Assembly: GCA_000004985.1 (NCBI GenBank)
Contig: GG738877.1
Source of the DNA: Naegleria gruberi
Taxonomy: Eukaryota
Reading direction: 5' to 3' (one strand)
Length of the DNA stretch: 64,000 bases
Below are positions 33,710 to 44,472 of the stretch, piece after piece (the first letter of the stretch is position 1; every line of letters starts with the position of its first letter). The position numbers and the translations under genes are program-made. The notes beneath the pieces are model-generated. The model made no database searches and had not been told where the DNA came from. It worked only from the letters and a program-made list of their open reading frames with translations.

Positions 33710-36700
33710 ATGCCACCAAACAAAACACTCCCACACATAATTTTACTTCTTGCACTCCTCATTATGACATGTTCTGTTGTTCATTCTCAACTCGTGCTCT
33801 ATAACATGACAACTATAGCAGGAGGTGGAATTGATTTAAAAAATAGTAATTTAGCATTGTATTTCAAGTTGTCAAATCCGCACAGCATGGCTGTTAACAC
33901 AATTGGTGAAATTTTCATTTCAGATACGGCCAATCATCGAATTCTAAAGGTTTTAACGAATGGTACTGTGGAAGTAATTGGTGGAAATGGAATTTCTGGA
34001 TTTAGTGGAGATGGTGAATTGGCAATTAATGCCAAGTTGAATCGTCCAACTAAAATTGTCGTAGATTCAGCAGGGAGAGTTGTTTTTTGTGATAATTCGA
34101 ATAATAGAATTCGTATGATTTCGAATAATGGTACTATTTCAACTATTGCAGGAAGTGGTACTGGATTTGTACTGGGGGATGGTGGGTTGGCTACTAATGC
34201 AATTTTAAATATGCCTACAGGTCTGACAATCAATTCAATTGGTGAAATTTTGATTGCTGACACTAGTAACTTTAAAATTCGAAAGATTGATCTGAATGGA
34301 ATCATTACCACAATTGCTGGATCTGGAAATCAAGGTTTTGAAGGAGATGGAGGATTAGCAACAAGTGCCCCACTTAATTTTCCAGCTGATGTTTCTGTTC
34401 ATCCCACTACCAATGAAGTTTTCATAGCAGATTCGAATAATCATTGTGTCCGTAAAATCTTGACTAATGGTACCATTTTTACAGTTGCAGGAATATGTGG
34501 TGCTCAGGGCCAATCATCAGATGGCGGACTAGCTATCAACTCACGTCTAAATTACCCAATTGGAGTTGCAATCAGCTCAACAGGTGATATTTTCATTGCT
34601 GAAAGAGACAATAGCAAAGTTCGTAAGGTTTCTTCTAGCACTGGAATAATTTCAACTTTTGCAGGAAATGGAGTTTTTGGATTTATGGGAGATGGTAAAG
34701 CAGCTGTGAATGCATCAATCTACAATCCTTACAATGTTGCTTTCAATTCTGCAGGTGAAGCTTTCATTTCTGACTATGGTTCAGGAAAGATTCGTAAAGT
34801 TTCTCTGAATGGAATAATAACAACAGTTGTGGGAGAGTACTTGCAGAGTCAAGATGGTAAATTAGCAACTGATGTTGTATTAAATACCCCAAAGGGTGTT
34901 GCAATTAGTCCATCTGGAGAGGTTTACTTTGCCGATTCTGATAAATATGCTATTCGAAAGATAACACTTTCTGGAACGATAATAACAATTGCAGGATCTG
35001 GATTATATGGATTTGCTGGAGACAATGGATACTCTTCACAATTGAGTAATTCATATGACATTTTCATCAACTCGCTTGGTGAAGCATTCATTGCTGACAC
35101 TTATAATCATAGAATTAGAAAGATTGATGTTAACGGAATAATAATGACAATTGCAGGTATTGTAACTTCAGGATTTAGTGGAGATGGTGGTTTAGCAACA
35201 AAGGCAGAACTATTTGAACCGTATGGAGTTGTAACTAGCTCTTCAGGAGATGTATTTATTGCAGACACGAGCAATTGTAGAATTCGTAAAGTTTCGTCAA
35301 GTACTGGAATAATTACTACAGTGGCCGGTGGTACATGTGGGTTTGGAGATAATGTTTTGGCTGTCGATGCTCAATTGAACACTCCGTATGGAATTTCAGT
35401 CAATTCGAAAGGAGAATTATTCATTGCTGACACTAATAATCATAGAATTAGAAAGGTTTCGTCTAGTGGGTTTATTTCTACCATTGCTGGTAATGGAGTT
35501 GGAGGATTTAGTGGAGACGGTGGATTGGCAACTAATGCTAACTTATTCAAACCAAGTAAGGTCGTGGTCAACTCTATTGGTGAAATTTTTATTGCTGACT
35601 CTTCCACAAATAGAATTCGTAAAATTTTGACAAATGGAACAATTATCACAATAGCAGGAAATGGAAATAGCGGATTCAACGGTGATGAAGCAGATGCTAC
35701 AAATTCTCAATTGGGTTCTCCATATGGAATTGCACTAAGCTCAACTGGAGAAATTTATATTTCTGATCAAGGTAATAATAGAATTCGTAAACTAGTTCCA
35801 TATTGTGTTAATCAGGGTACATTAGTGAACGGATCTTGTTTCTACACAGATTACAATAATAATTCAACCAAGGATAATTCCAATGTATCCAATAATAATC
35901 AAATATTGGCAGTAGTGTTACCATCCGTTCTCGTTCCTGTATTTTGCATTGTTGCTGGTATAGTTGTGGTTTTATTGATTTGTTGTGTTATTTTCAGTAA
36001 GAGAACAAGAAAAGAAAAGTCAACTGAAAAAGTAGAGTCTGTTCCAAGAGATTTGGAAATGGCAATAGAAAGTCAAACACTTCAAACAATGGAAAGTGTC
36101 AAATCAGAACCCACAGATTTCCCATCAGAGCAAAGTTTGTACTTCCAATCAATGGTATCAAGCCAGTACAAGTCAGTAGCTTCAGAATCTTCCAGTAATA
36201 ATGCAGCTTCCAAATATAATATATTAGAAAAGATTGGATCTGGTGCATTTGGTTCTGTTTTCAGAGTAGAAGTCAAGAAAACAGGTGATATTAAGGCAGT
36301 TAAGGCACTGAAATATGTTGATCACGATGATTTGAACAATATCATGAAGGAAGGAATTCAACTTTTGAAAATGGATCATCCAAACATTGTCAAAGTCAAT
36401 GATATGTTTGTAGATAGTTCTCAATTGGTATTTATTGAAATGGAATTCTATGCCTATGGTGATTTAAGCACCCTGATTCAAGACACGAATACCATTCACT
36501 CAGAAATATTATTACGAAAAATACTTGAACAATCATGCCAAGCTCTCCAATATATTCATGAAAATCTTAAGATTGTTCACAGAGATATCAAACCATCAAA
36601 TATCTTCCTCAAATCAATTGATTTAGCAAATGATGATATTCATATTGTATTGGCTGATTTTGGATTAGCCAAGGATACACAGGGATCCATGGCCAAATCA

Positions 36701-37000
36701 TTTGCTGGAACTCCTCTTTACATGCCACTTGAATTGAGTCTAGGAGTTAATTACACATTCAATGCTGATGTCTATTCACTTGGTGTCACCATGTATCAAC
36801 TCATGACTAAGGATGTACAAACCTCAATAAGCTATCTCTACATGAACAAAAATTCTATTGAAACCAAACAAATATTGAGAAGTAAGATGGAAGCACCGAA
36901 TACTTATTCAGATCAATTGATTGATGTTGTTTTAAATATGATTGAAAAGGATATGGAAAAGAGACCATCAGAAGTTGACGTTCTCAATCAAATGAAATGA
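33710..37000 (+). CDS. receptor-type Ser/Thr protein kinase with an extracellular NHL-repeat beta-propeller region (1096 aa)
   Basis: ATG at 33710, signal peptide MPPNKTLPHIILLLALLIMTCSVVHS. About 14 NHL-type repeats follow the pattern (hydrophobic)xxADxxNHRIRK...GxIxTIAGxGxxGFxGDGGLAT. A transmembrane segment ILAVVLPSVLVPVFCIVAGIVVVLLICCVIF follows. The kinase domain reads GSGAFGSVFRVEVKKTGDIKAVK...HRDIKPSNIFL...DFGLAKD...GTPLYMPLE. Confidence 0.85.
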   Translation: MPPNKTLPHIILLLALLIMTCSVVHSQLVLYNMTTIAGGGIDLKNSNLALYFKLSNPHSMAVNTIGEIFISDTANHRILKVLTNGTVEVIGGNGISGFSGDGELAINAKLNRPTKIVVDSAGRVVFCDNSNNRIRMISNNGTISTIAGSGTGFVLGDGGLATNAILNMPTGLTINSIGEILIADTSNFKIRKIDLNGIITTIAGSGNQGFEGDGGLATSAPLNFPADVSVHPTTNEVFIADSNNHCVRKILTNGTIFTVAGICGAQGQSSDGGLAINSRLNYPIGVAISSTGDIFIAERDNSKVRKVSSSTGIISTFAGNGVFGFMGDGKAAVNASIYNPYNVAFNSAGEAFISDYGSGKIRKVSLNGIITTVVGEYLQSQDGKLATDVVLNTPKGVAISPSGEVYFADSDKYAIRKITLSGTIITIAGSGLYGFAGDNGYSSQLSNSYDIFINSLGEAFIADTYNHRIRKIDVNGIIMTIAGIVTSGFSGDGGLATKAELFEPYGVVTSSSGDVFIADTSNCRIRKVSSSTGIITTVAGGTCGFGDNVLAVDAQLNTPYGISVNSKGELFIADTNNHRIRKVSSSGFISTIAGNGVGGFSGDGGLATNANLFKPSKVVVNSIGEIFIADSSTNRIRKILTNGTIITIAGNGNSGFNGDEADATNSQLGSPYGIALSSTGEIYISDQGNNRIRKLVPYCVNQGTLVNGSCFYTDYNNNSTKDNSNVSNNNQILAVVLPSVLVPVFCIVAGIVVVLLICCVIFSKRTRKEKSTEKVESVPRDLEMAIESQTLQTMESVKSEPTDFPSEQSLYFQSMVSSQYKSVASESSSNNAASKYNILEKIGSGAFGSVFRVEVKKTGDIKAVKALKYVDHDDLNNIMKEGIQLLKMDHPNIVKVNDMFVDSSQLVFIEMEFYAYGDLSTLIQDTNTIHSEILLRKILEQSCQALQYIHENLKIVHRDIKPSNIFLKSIDLANDDIHIVLADFGLAKDTQGSMAKSFAGTPLYMPLELSLGVNYTFNADVYSLGVTMYQLMTKDVQTSISYLYMNKNSIETKQILRSKMEAPNTYSDQLIDVVLNMIEKDMEKRPSEVDVLNQMK

Positions 37001-37947
37001 ATTTGATATTTATTGGAATGAGATCCAGTCCTTCCAAGTGAGCTCGGGTGGATATGATATTTAATCTTTTCATTAAAATATTAAACCTTCCTTCATGTAA
37101 TTCTTCAAAACTAGTTGTTTTCCAATACATAATCCTCCAAATGGGTTCATTCACTTTTGCCAATGATTAATTCAAAAAATTTTAGATGACTTGGTAATCA
37201 GATCTCATAATCCATAAGGCACACATGGTTCTGTATCCGAAACCAAGCCTCCACAGAAAAGCAAACAAGTATCAATGTAGCAGAGGAATAGTTGAACCCT
37301 TTCGAGACCAACTAAGATGAAGGTGAAGAGAAAGAGACCTGATCCGAATCGCAGTTTCGTGTTTAAAAGCGTAAAGTTGTACATCAGGTTGCAGAAGAGT
37401 AGTCATCTCCGAAAATTCAAACCTAAATTGAAAGTGTTCTTGGTGCAACTGTTCAACAATAATTGAGAGAACATGTGGTTTGAAATTAATAAAATATTTG
37501 ATTTTTACTAATTTTATAAAAAAGAAATAAAGATTTTTCTCTCTTTCTTAATGCCACCAATTTCCCGCCACTAACAAGACAGATTGTGAAAATGAAATAT
37601 TTAAACAATAACAATATCATGTGTTTTTTCTCAAGTGACTCCAATTTTACAACAGAAATATAAATGGAAAAGGAAAGTGGGTTATTAATGTTTGTTTGCC
37701 AAATGAACAATTAGCAAGTTGTTTCAGTTTTGAATAGTTCTTAAAAGAAAAGTAGATGCCAACTGTATTCTCTTGATGAAATTCTTTTGCACCATTAACA
37801 ACCACAAATTCCTTTTATTGGATAACCAGCATTGCATGTCATTCCAATTCTTTGATGTTTGACTTTTCAAGTCCCGTTAAAACCAACATTGAATGGTAGC
37901 AAGAAGCAATCATCAACATCATCCTTTATTCTCTACAACAAAAAAGA

Positions 37948-39947
37948 ATGTCCCATCATCACTACACAGACTCCTCACAAATGACTGATGACGTTGTTAA
38001 TCAAGTCATTCAAGACGAAATGTCCATCGATCAAGATATGATGAATAATAATCAAGGCTCATCATCAGAACAACAACAACAAGCACATCACCAAGAACAT
38101 TTCGAAGAACAAATCCAACAATCTATATCTCAATCCAAAATACCGGCAACTTCCTTTTCTAAATTAGCCAGATTGCAACAACAACAAGAACCTGAATATG
38201 ATCAATTAGAGGCTAAGGAACTTGATGGAGAAGTATTTGATGTTCAGAGAAAGTATCAATTAGAAGCAATTAGAGGACAGGTATGTTTTATTAGAAGAAT
38301 ACAACAAGTGTTTATCAAAACTTTTTAATTATTCATGATAATGATGATACTGCTTGTTGTTGTTTAATGTTTGCTACAATCATGATTCTTGAACCACACA
38401 ATTCACAACACGTTTTATTTTGTATAAATCGTTACAATCATCATTATCAATTGACTATTTGATGATTTTACAAATATTAATAATAATAATTATCAAATCT
38501 ATTTAAAATTATAGGGAAGTTATGGTGTAGTTGCAAGTGCCATGAATACAAGAACTGGTCACAAATGCGCCGTTAAAAAGAACAAGAATGTCTTTCCAAG
38601 AGTTTCAAAGAATAATGAAGCCACTGTTCCTCACCGATCCAAAATGTCACAGAAGAGAATTTTGAGAGAATTGAAAATCCTCCAACACTTGTATCATCCA
38701 AATATTGTCAGATTGGTTGATGTTGTTCCTCCAAGAGATTACGATAGTTTCGGTGATGTTTACTTTGTTACAGAATTGATGGAAGGTAAGTACTGAATTG
38801 AGTAATAGTTTGGGAAAATGTTTTGTAACAATTATAACAATTATTGAATAACTATGGAAATGAATAGCCGATTTAAGAGATATCCTTTCCAGTGATCAAC
38901 CATTGACCGATCAACATGTTAAATATTTTGTATATCAAATTTTATTAGCTGTACATTATACACAAAGTGCAAATATTCTTCACAGGTATGTAGTTGAGTT
39001 GTTGAATAGTTTTAAATTTATTCTTTTAATGCAGAGATTTGAAACCAGAAAACATTTTATTGAATAGCAATTGTGAATTAAAGATTTGTGACTTTGGACT
39101 TGCCAGAGGAATTGATTTTGATCAAGATCCTAGAATGAGTACAAACTATGTACAAACTCGTTGGTACAGAGCTCCTGAATTGATTTTAAATAATGATATT
39201 GTTTCTAAGGAAACTGATATGTGGTCAATCGGATGTATTATGGCTGAATTGATGGGAAGAAAGGTTTTATTTAGAGGAACTTGTGCAGTTGACCAAATGA
39301 GACGTATTGTCACAACACTGGGTACACCAAATGCTGAAGATATCAAGGGATCTGATCAAGGTATTGAATTCATGGCAACTCTTCCAAAATCTGAAGGAAA
39401 AGATTTTTTCAAACTCTTCTCCAATTGTAATGTACTTGCCATTGATTTGTTAAAGAGAATGTTAGAATTCAATCATGAAAAGAGAATTACAACAGAACAA
39501 GCTATTCGTCATCAATACTTTGCTGACTTGTTCGAAGAAAGTGATATTGTCAATTGTGATGCTCTCTTTGATTTTTCATGGGAAGATAAGTTAATTGACT
39601 CTGAAGATATCAAACGTGAATGTTATGATTCAATTATCAAATATAGGAAGGATAAGACAAATAATAGAAATTCATACATGTATCCAAATATTTCACTTAT
39701 TGAACAAAAGAAGAAGATGATCAGAGAAAGAAGACAAAAAGAACAATTAGCTAAGCAACAACAAGAAGAAGTTCTGAGAAAGCAAAAGGAAGAACAATTA
39801 AAGAAACAACAAGATGAAGAAGATGAAAGAAATAGACAAGAACAATCCAATTCAACATCAACAAGCTCTCAAACCAGAGAACGAAAAGGAACAGGAACTG
39901 GAGGTAAATTCAAACTTTTCAAGAAAGTTAGAGAATTACTTCAATAA
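37948..39947 (+). CDS. mitogen-activated protein kinase (ERK-like) with a T-N-Y activation-loop motif; 4 exons, ~545 aa
   Basis: Exons are 37948..38280, 38515..38785, 38868..38985 and 39035..39947. Introns are 234 nt (GTATGT..ATAG), 82 nt (GTAAGT..ATAG) and 49 nt (GTATGT..GCAG), and phases are consistent. The splices restore kinase subdomains: IRGQ|GSYGVVASAM, HRDLKPENILLN and KICDFGLARG. The activation loop reads RMSTNYVQTRWYRAPE. There is a His/Gln-rich N-terminal extension and a K/E/Q-rich C-terminus. Confidence 0.85.
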
Positions 39948-40083
39948 TCCAAGTTTAGTTCCATACCATGTAAAAAGTAAATAAAAATTGAAAAATCTCA
40001 AAGCTGGTCTTGGTTAATTTGTAATTATGTTTTTCTAATTCAAATGAAAATTTCAAAAATCATAAAAGTATTAAATTAAAAAA

Positions 40084-40400
40084 ATGTTCAACATTGTCAA
40101 AACGAGGAAAGACATCTCACCACAAATTATCGAACCAAACAAGCTGAGAGCCACAGGAGATGAGGCTTGGGCTTCAGCATTTATTTATCCTAACAGGTAA
40201 GGATTAATTAATTGTGCAATAATATTCAACATATGATGATCGGAAGTTGGAAGATGAGTAATGCCTCTAAACGTGTACTATTGAAGGAAAATTATCAAAC
40301 TAGCTTACCTTTCATTGCTTTCTATACGAGAGAATCATTAGTATTATTTATTCTGCTATTGTTGATTGTTATTTATTTATTATTTAAATTCTTGTTCTAA
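40084..40400 (+). CDS. small tail-anchored membrane protein, Sec61-beta/Sbh1-like (88 aa); 2 exons; absent from the ORF track
   Basis: Exon 1 is 40084..40196 (ATG, MFNIVKTRKDISPQIIEPNKLRATGDEAWASAFIYPN) and ends at an AG|GTAAGG donor. A 50-nt intron and a TTGGAAG acceptor follow. Exon 2 is 40247..40400 (SWKMSNASKRVLLKENYQTSLPFIAFYTRESLVLFILLLLIVIYLLFKFLF*). The phase (2) is consistent only with this acceptor. FYTRES plus a C-terminal transmembrane segment resembles Sec61beta (FYTEDS + TM). Confidence 0.45.
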
Positions 40401-40443
40401 TCAAGAAAACAACAACTAGGATTTTCCGAGAATGATAGTATAT

Positions 40444-41043
40444 TTATTCATCATCTAATCTTTTAGACTCTTCTGTATTATTACAGAAGAAAACCTGTTG
40501 CTTTTGATAAAAATCGTCAACATTATTGGTTGACAGAAATGAAGACGGAAGAAGCACACTAAGTATTGACAATGATAAAACAAGATCACTCGAAAGAGTG
40601 TCTGAATTAATTTCATCAATTAATTGTGTTTTGATTTTCTCTAGGAATAATTCTATCAACTCCTTATCGAAATAGTACAGTATTGATTTTGTTGGATATT
40701 CATGTAATAATACTCCATCAAATGAAGAAGGAGTATTGGAATTTGTTGATGAATGAATTGGCATTGTAAAATGATTATTTCCAAAGAATGGTGATCGGAA
40801 TGTCAAGGCTTCATCACTAATAACTTTACAATTTGAACATTTAGCATAGAGTGGCATAGAATGATTGGAAATCGTCTCGGAAATGCTTTGTATTATTCCA
40901 ATAATTTGATTAGTCTTTTTAATTAAATCCTTTTCAATAATTGATTTATGAATCACCTTCTGTAGCTTTCTAAATTTCCTCTTCAAATCATCCTCCACAG
41001 TACTCAATGTGTTCTTTTCGTTCATATTTTTGAGAGAAAGCAT
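40444..41043 (-). CDS. hypothetical protein (199 aa)
   Basis: ATG at 41043. No recognisable domain. It is tail-to-tail with the Sec61beta-like gene, 43 nt apart. Confidence 0.45.
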   Translation of the reverse strand: MLSLKNMNEKNTLSTVEDDLKRKFRKLQKVIHKSIIEKDLIKKTNQIIGIIQSISETISNHSMPLYAKCSNCKVISDEALTFRSPFFGNNHFTMPIHSSTNSNTPSSFDGVLLHEYPTKSILYYFDKELIELFLEKIKTQLIDEINSDTLSSDLVLSLSILSVLLPSSFLSTNNVDDFYQKQQVFFCNNTEESKRLDDE

Positions 41044-41362
41044 TTAGAAAGTGCACAAGAGAAAATGTTTGAAAATCTTGTATGCGGTTTCTTTTGAAAA
41101 TTGCACCACTTGTTCATTTTCCAATATCCATAATAGCGAAGTCAAGGACTCACTTGGCAATGAACATTGTCACAAAAAACAACCTTGCTCATGATTGCTT
41201 GAAGAACAAGACAATAAAATTCCCCATAACAGAATTCATCAACAACAGCCATCACTAAAAACAAAATTTCTATTTTTTTGACGATTTAAAAAAAAAATTA
41301 CATCAACACGTCTCTTCTGGACAAGTCTTTTTCTTCGAATCCTTTGAGAGCAGCATTTTCCG

Positions 41363-44300
41363 ATGGACGAACAATTCAAATCATCATTGGAAAGGGCTAT
41401 TCTTTCGCAAACAGATGCGACAGCAAACCAAGCTGTAAAACAGGATGCTTTTAATTATTGCGAGCAATTAAAACAAAGAGAGGATATTTGGAAGATATGT
41501 CTTCAATTTGTCTTGGAATCAAAGTATGATCAAGTAAAATTATGGTGCTTTGGAATATTGGCAAGTTTTATTACGGAAAGGTATGTTTTATTATTGAAGG
41601 CTTGATTTTTAACCTAGGCTTTGGAAAACAACGACAATAACAACAATATTAGGTCTCAATTCTTGACCGATCAAGACAAGGATACTATAAAACAAGCCTT
41701 GATGCACTGGTTTGTAAATATTCTAACACCAAGAACAGAAGCTTTTATCAGAAACAAGTTTTGTGAAGCATTAATTGCAATCTTTAGAATTGAGTATTAT
41801 GCTCGTTGGCCAACATTCTTCAAGGATTTATTTTCTATTCTTTCAAATTCACCAAGTGAATTAATGATTGATATGTATCTCAGAATACTAGACACTATTG
41901 ACTTTGAATTTGTTGCTAGATTTGTTGAAAGATCGGAAGTTAATCACAAAAGGGCTATTGAAATTGTAAGTTTGAATTCATCACTAAATTTGTTAATAAT
42001 TTGAAATAGAAAGATGCAATGCGTGAAGACTGTATTCCACAAGTTATAGGCACTTTTTACACTATTTTGACAGCTAAACATGTTGTTTTATCAAATAATT
42101 GTCTTAACACTATGTCAAATTATATTGATTGGATAGATATTAATCTTGTGACAACTGAACAATTTGTTCAACTCTATTATCAATTTTTAAACACAGCAGA
42201 ATTTAGAACTAAGGCTTGTGAGTGTTTATGTGTATTGGTAGAAAAGGGTATGAATGACAATGACAAACTCAAATTAATCACTTCTCTTCAAATTCCACAA
42301 ATTTTAATGAACATGGTAGTTGACAGCTCCAAAGATGATGTCTTTGCAGAGGCAGTTTCTACTTTAGCTGCTGCAGTAGCTAATCAACTCTTGGAAATAT
42401 CCTCAAGACCAAATCAAGAAATGTTTCTTGCCACAACAGCTTCCAAACTTTTACAAGATATTCTTCCATTCATCTTGTCATTGTTTGCTGATCAATACGA
42501 CCAAGTTTCTTCCTCAGCATCTAATTTCTTAAATGATTTCATTTCAGTCATTAAGAAATCCAAATCCCCTCATCCGGAATCACTTCCAGCACAACTTCAA
42601 AATATGCTTACAACCATTCAAAATAAGGCTAAATATACTGAAGATTTCGATTTTGATCCATCCCAACGTGACGATTATGAAAATGGATTTTTAGAATATA
42701 GAAGAGAACTCTTTGTTTTGTTTAAGAATATTGGAGTTATTGCTCCAGATTTGGTAAAACAATATGTTCAAGCATTGACAAAACACGTTGTTACAAATGT
42801 TACTAATTTGGGTTTTGCAGATGTTGAAGTTTGTCTCACTTTACTCTTTTTATCTGCAGAAATTTTCTCAGATTTGCTCAAGTCAAATAAGGAGGACAAT
42901 ATTTTCCTTCCATTAATTTTAGATATTGTCACAAATAATATTTCCTCTTATCCACACTCCTCTGTTCAACTTGCCTACTTTGAACTTCTTTCCAGATTTG
43001 CTCCTCTTGTTCCAAGATTCCCAGATGAAGTTATTACTTCTATGCTTCAATCATTTGTTGATCAAAGAGGTTTGAGAAATAACAATGAACAAGTTCAAAG
43101 TAGAGCCAAATTTTTATTGGCCAAATTCATCAAACCTCTCAGGGATAGATTGAGTGGATTCGTGGAACCATTGTACACTTTTGTAAAAGATATTATACAA
43201 GTCAACTTACCAACAGATGAGGAATTGACTGAGAACGACTCCACTAGTGACAAATTCTTTTTATATGAGGCTATTGGATTTTTATTAGCCTGCCAAAATA
43301 TTAAAACAGAAACTAGACACAAGATTTTCCAAGAAATTTTCATTCCATTTTCCAAGAATATTGAAGATGTTTTAAATCAAAAGCTTTATCTTTCAGATAC
43401 TCCCGATAAACCAAGATTCAAGAAGTACATTAGTACAATGATTCGTGCTGCAGCTATTTTGAGCAAGGGGTTCGATGACAATTCTAATAAGGCACACATC
43501 AAGGATTCAGTGGTATTTTTCAAACATTTCCTCGCTTTGGTTACCAGAGTGCATTCAGAAATTCCTAAAAATAAGGAAATTCAATCCAATGTTATTCTTT
43601 ACTACCACAGAATGATTGTTTTAATGGACGCTGAACTTTTAGAAATAATTCCAGGTACACTTTCCCATCTCTATCAAACCTGTACTGAAATTAGTCAAAT
43701 GAAAGATATTCTTATCCTTTTAGGTCAATTAATGCAAAAGCACAAAGAAAAAGTGAATGGGCTCATCAATGAACTCTTGACACCAACATTAACCAAAATT
43801 TATCAAATGATAAATAATGGTGTCTATGACTACTCATTGAATAGCAGCAGTGAAGAAATTAGAGAAATTGCTGACTTGCATAAGAATTACTTTACATTCA
43901 TTCACACAATATTGGCTAATAATTTGAGTCCTGTATTAATCTCTGATGCTAACAGACATTTATTCAATTCAGTCTTGGAGACTGTTTTTAAGGGTTGCCA
44001 ACACTTGTCTGTTCATCACAAAAAATCAGCTCTGTTATGCATTGAATCATTTGCCAATTCATATGCCAACAATTTAGGAAAAGAGTTTAACGAGTATATA
44101 ATTTCTAATGCAGTTATGGAGACTTTCCAAATGTTACTCAGTCCTGATTTTGATATTAGTGATGGAGCTTCTTTCAATGTTATTGTTGGAGTTTGTCAAG
44201 TTTACTCTGTTTTTGTTCAAAAGTTTGGTCCAGAATTTTTGAATTATTTAGCCAATAATTTCTTACCTCGAGTTCCTCTCTCTGTGGATGAAATTCAAAA

Positions 44301-44409
44301 CTTTTGTCTTACTCTTCAAGATATTCATGTAAATAAGGTGAATGGTTTTGAAAGATTCAAACAATCTTTCTTCAATTTAATTCAATCAAGAAAGACTAAG
44401 AAGAAGTAA
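41363..44409 (+). CDS. XPOT: exportin-T (tRNA exportin, XPOT/Los1 family); 3 exons, ~976 aa
   Basis: Exons are 41363..41580, 41653..41965 and 42010..44409. Introns are 72 nt (GTATGT..TTAG) and 44 nt (GTAAGT..ATAG). It starts MDEQ like metazoan XPOT. TEAFIRNKFCEALIAIFRIEYYARWPTFFKDLFSIL matches EKTFIRNKAAQVFALLFVTEYLTKWPKFFFDILSVV. AMREDCIPQVIGTFYTIL matches TMREQCIPNLVESWYQIL. DQRGLRNNNEQVQSRAKFLLAKFIKPL matches DHRGLRHSSAKVRSRTAYLFSRFVKSL. Confidence 0.85.
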
Positions 44410-44472
44410 ATTTTGAAATTCTTTTGCAATTCACTTTTATTATTAATAGCAAGGCAAACCCTTATTAAAAAA

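Noticed and set aside
33265-33762. 165-aa ORF on the minus strand (MRSARSKIMCGSVLFGG...)
   Set aside because: It is Cys-rich with a random-looking composition. It overlaps the 5' end and signal-peptide region of the NHL receptor-kinase gene. It has no domain and no phase-compatible exons, so it is most likely a spurious antisense ORF.
38281-38514. Possible C/D-box snoRNA in the 234-nt first intron of the MAPK gene (ATGATGA at about 38337)
   Set aside because: There is no downstream CTGA D box and no terminal stem. The C-box-like string is ordinary AT-rich intron sequence.
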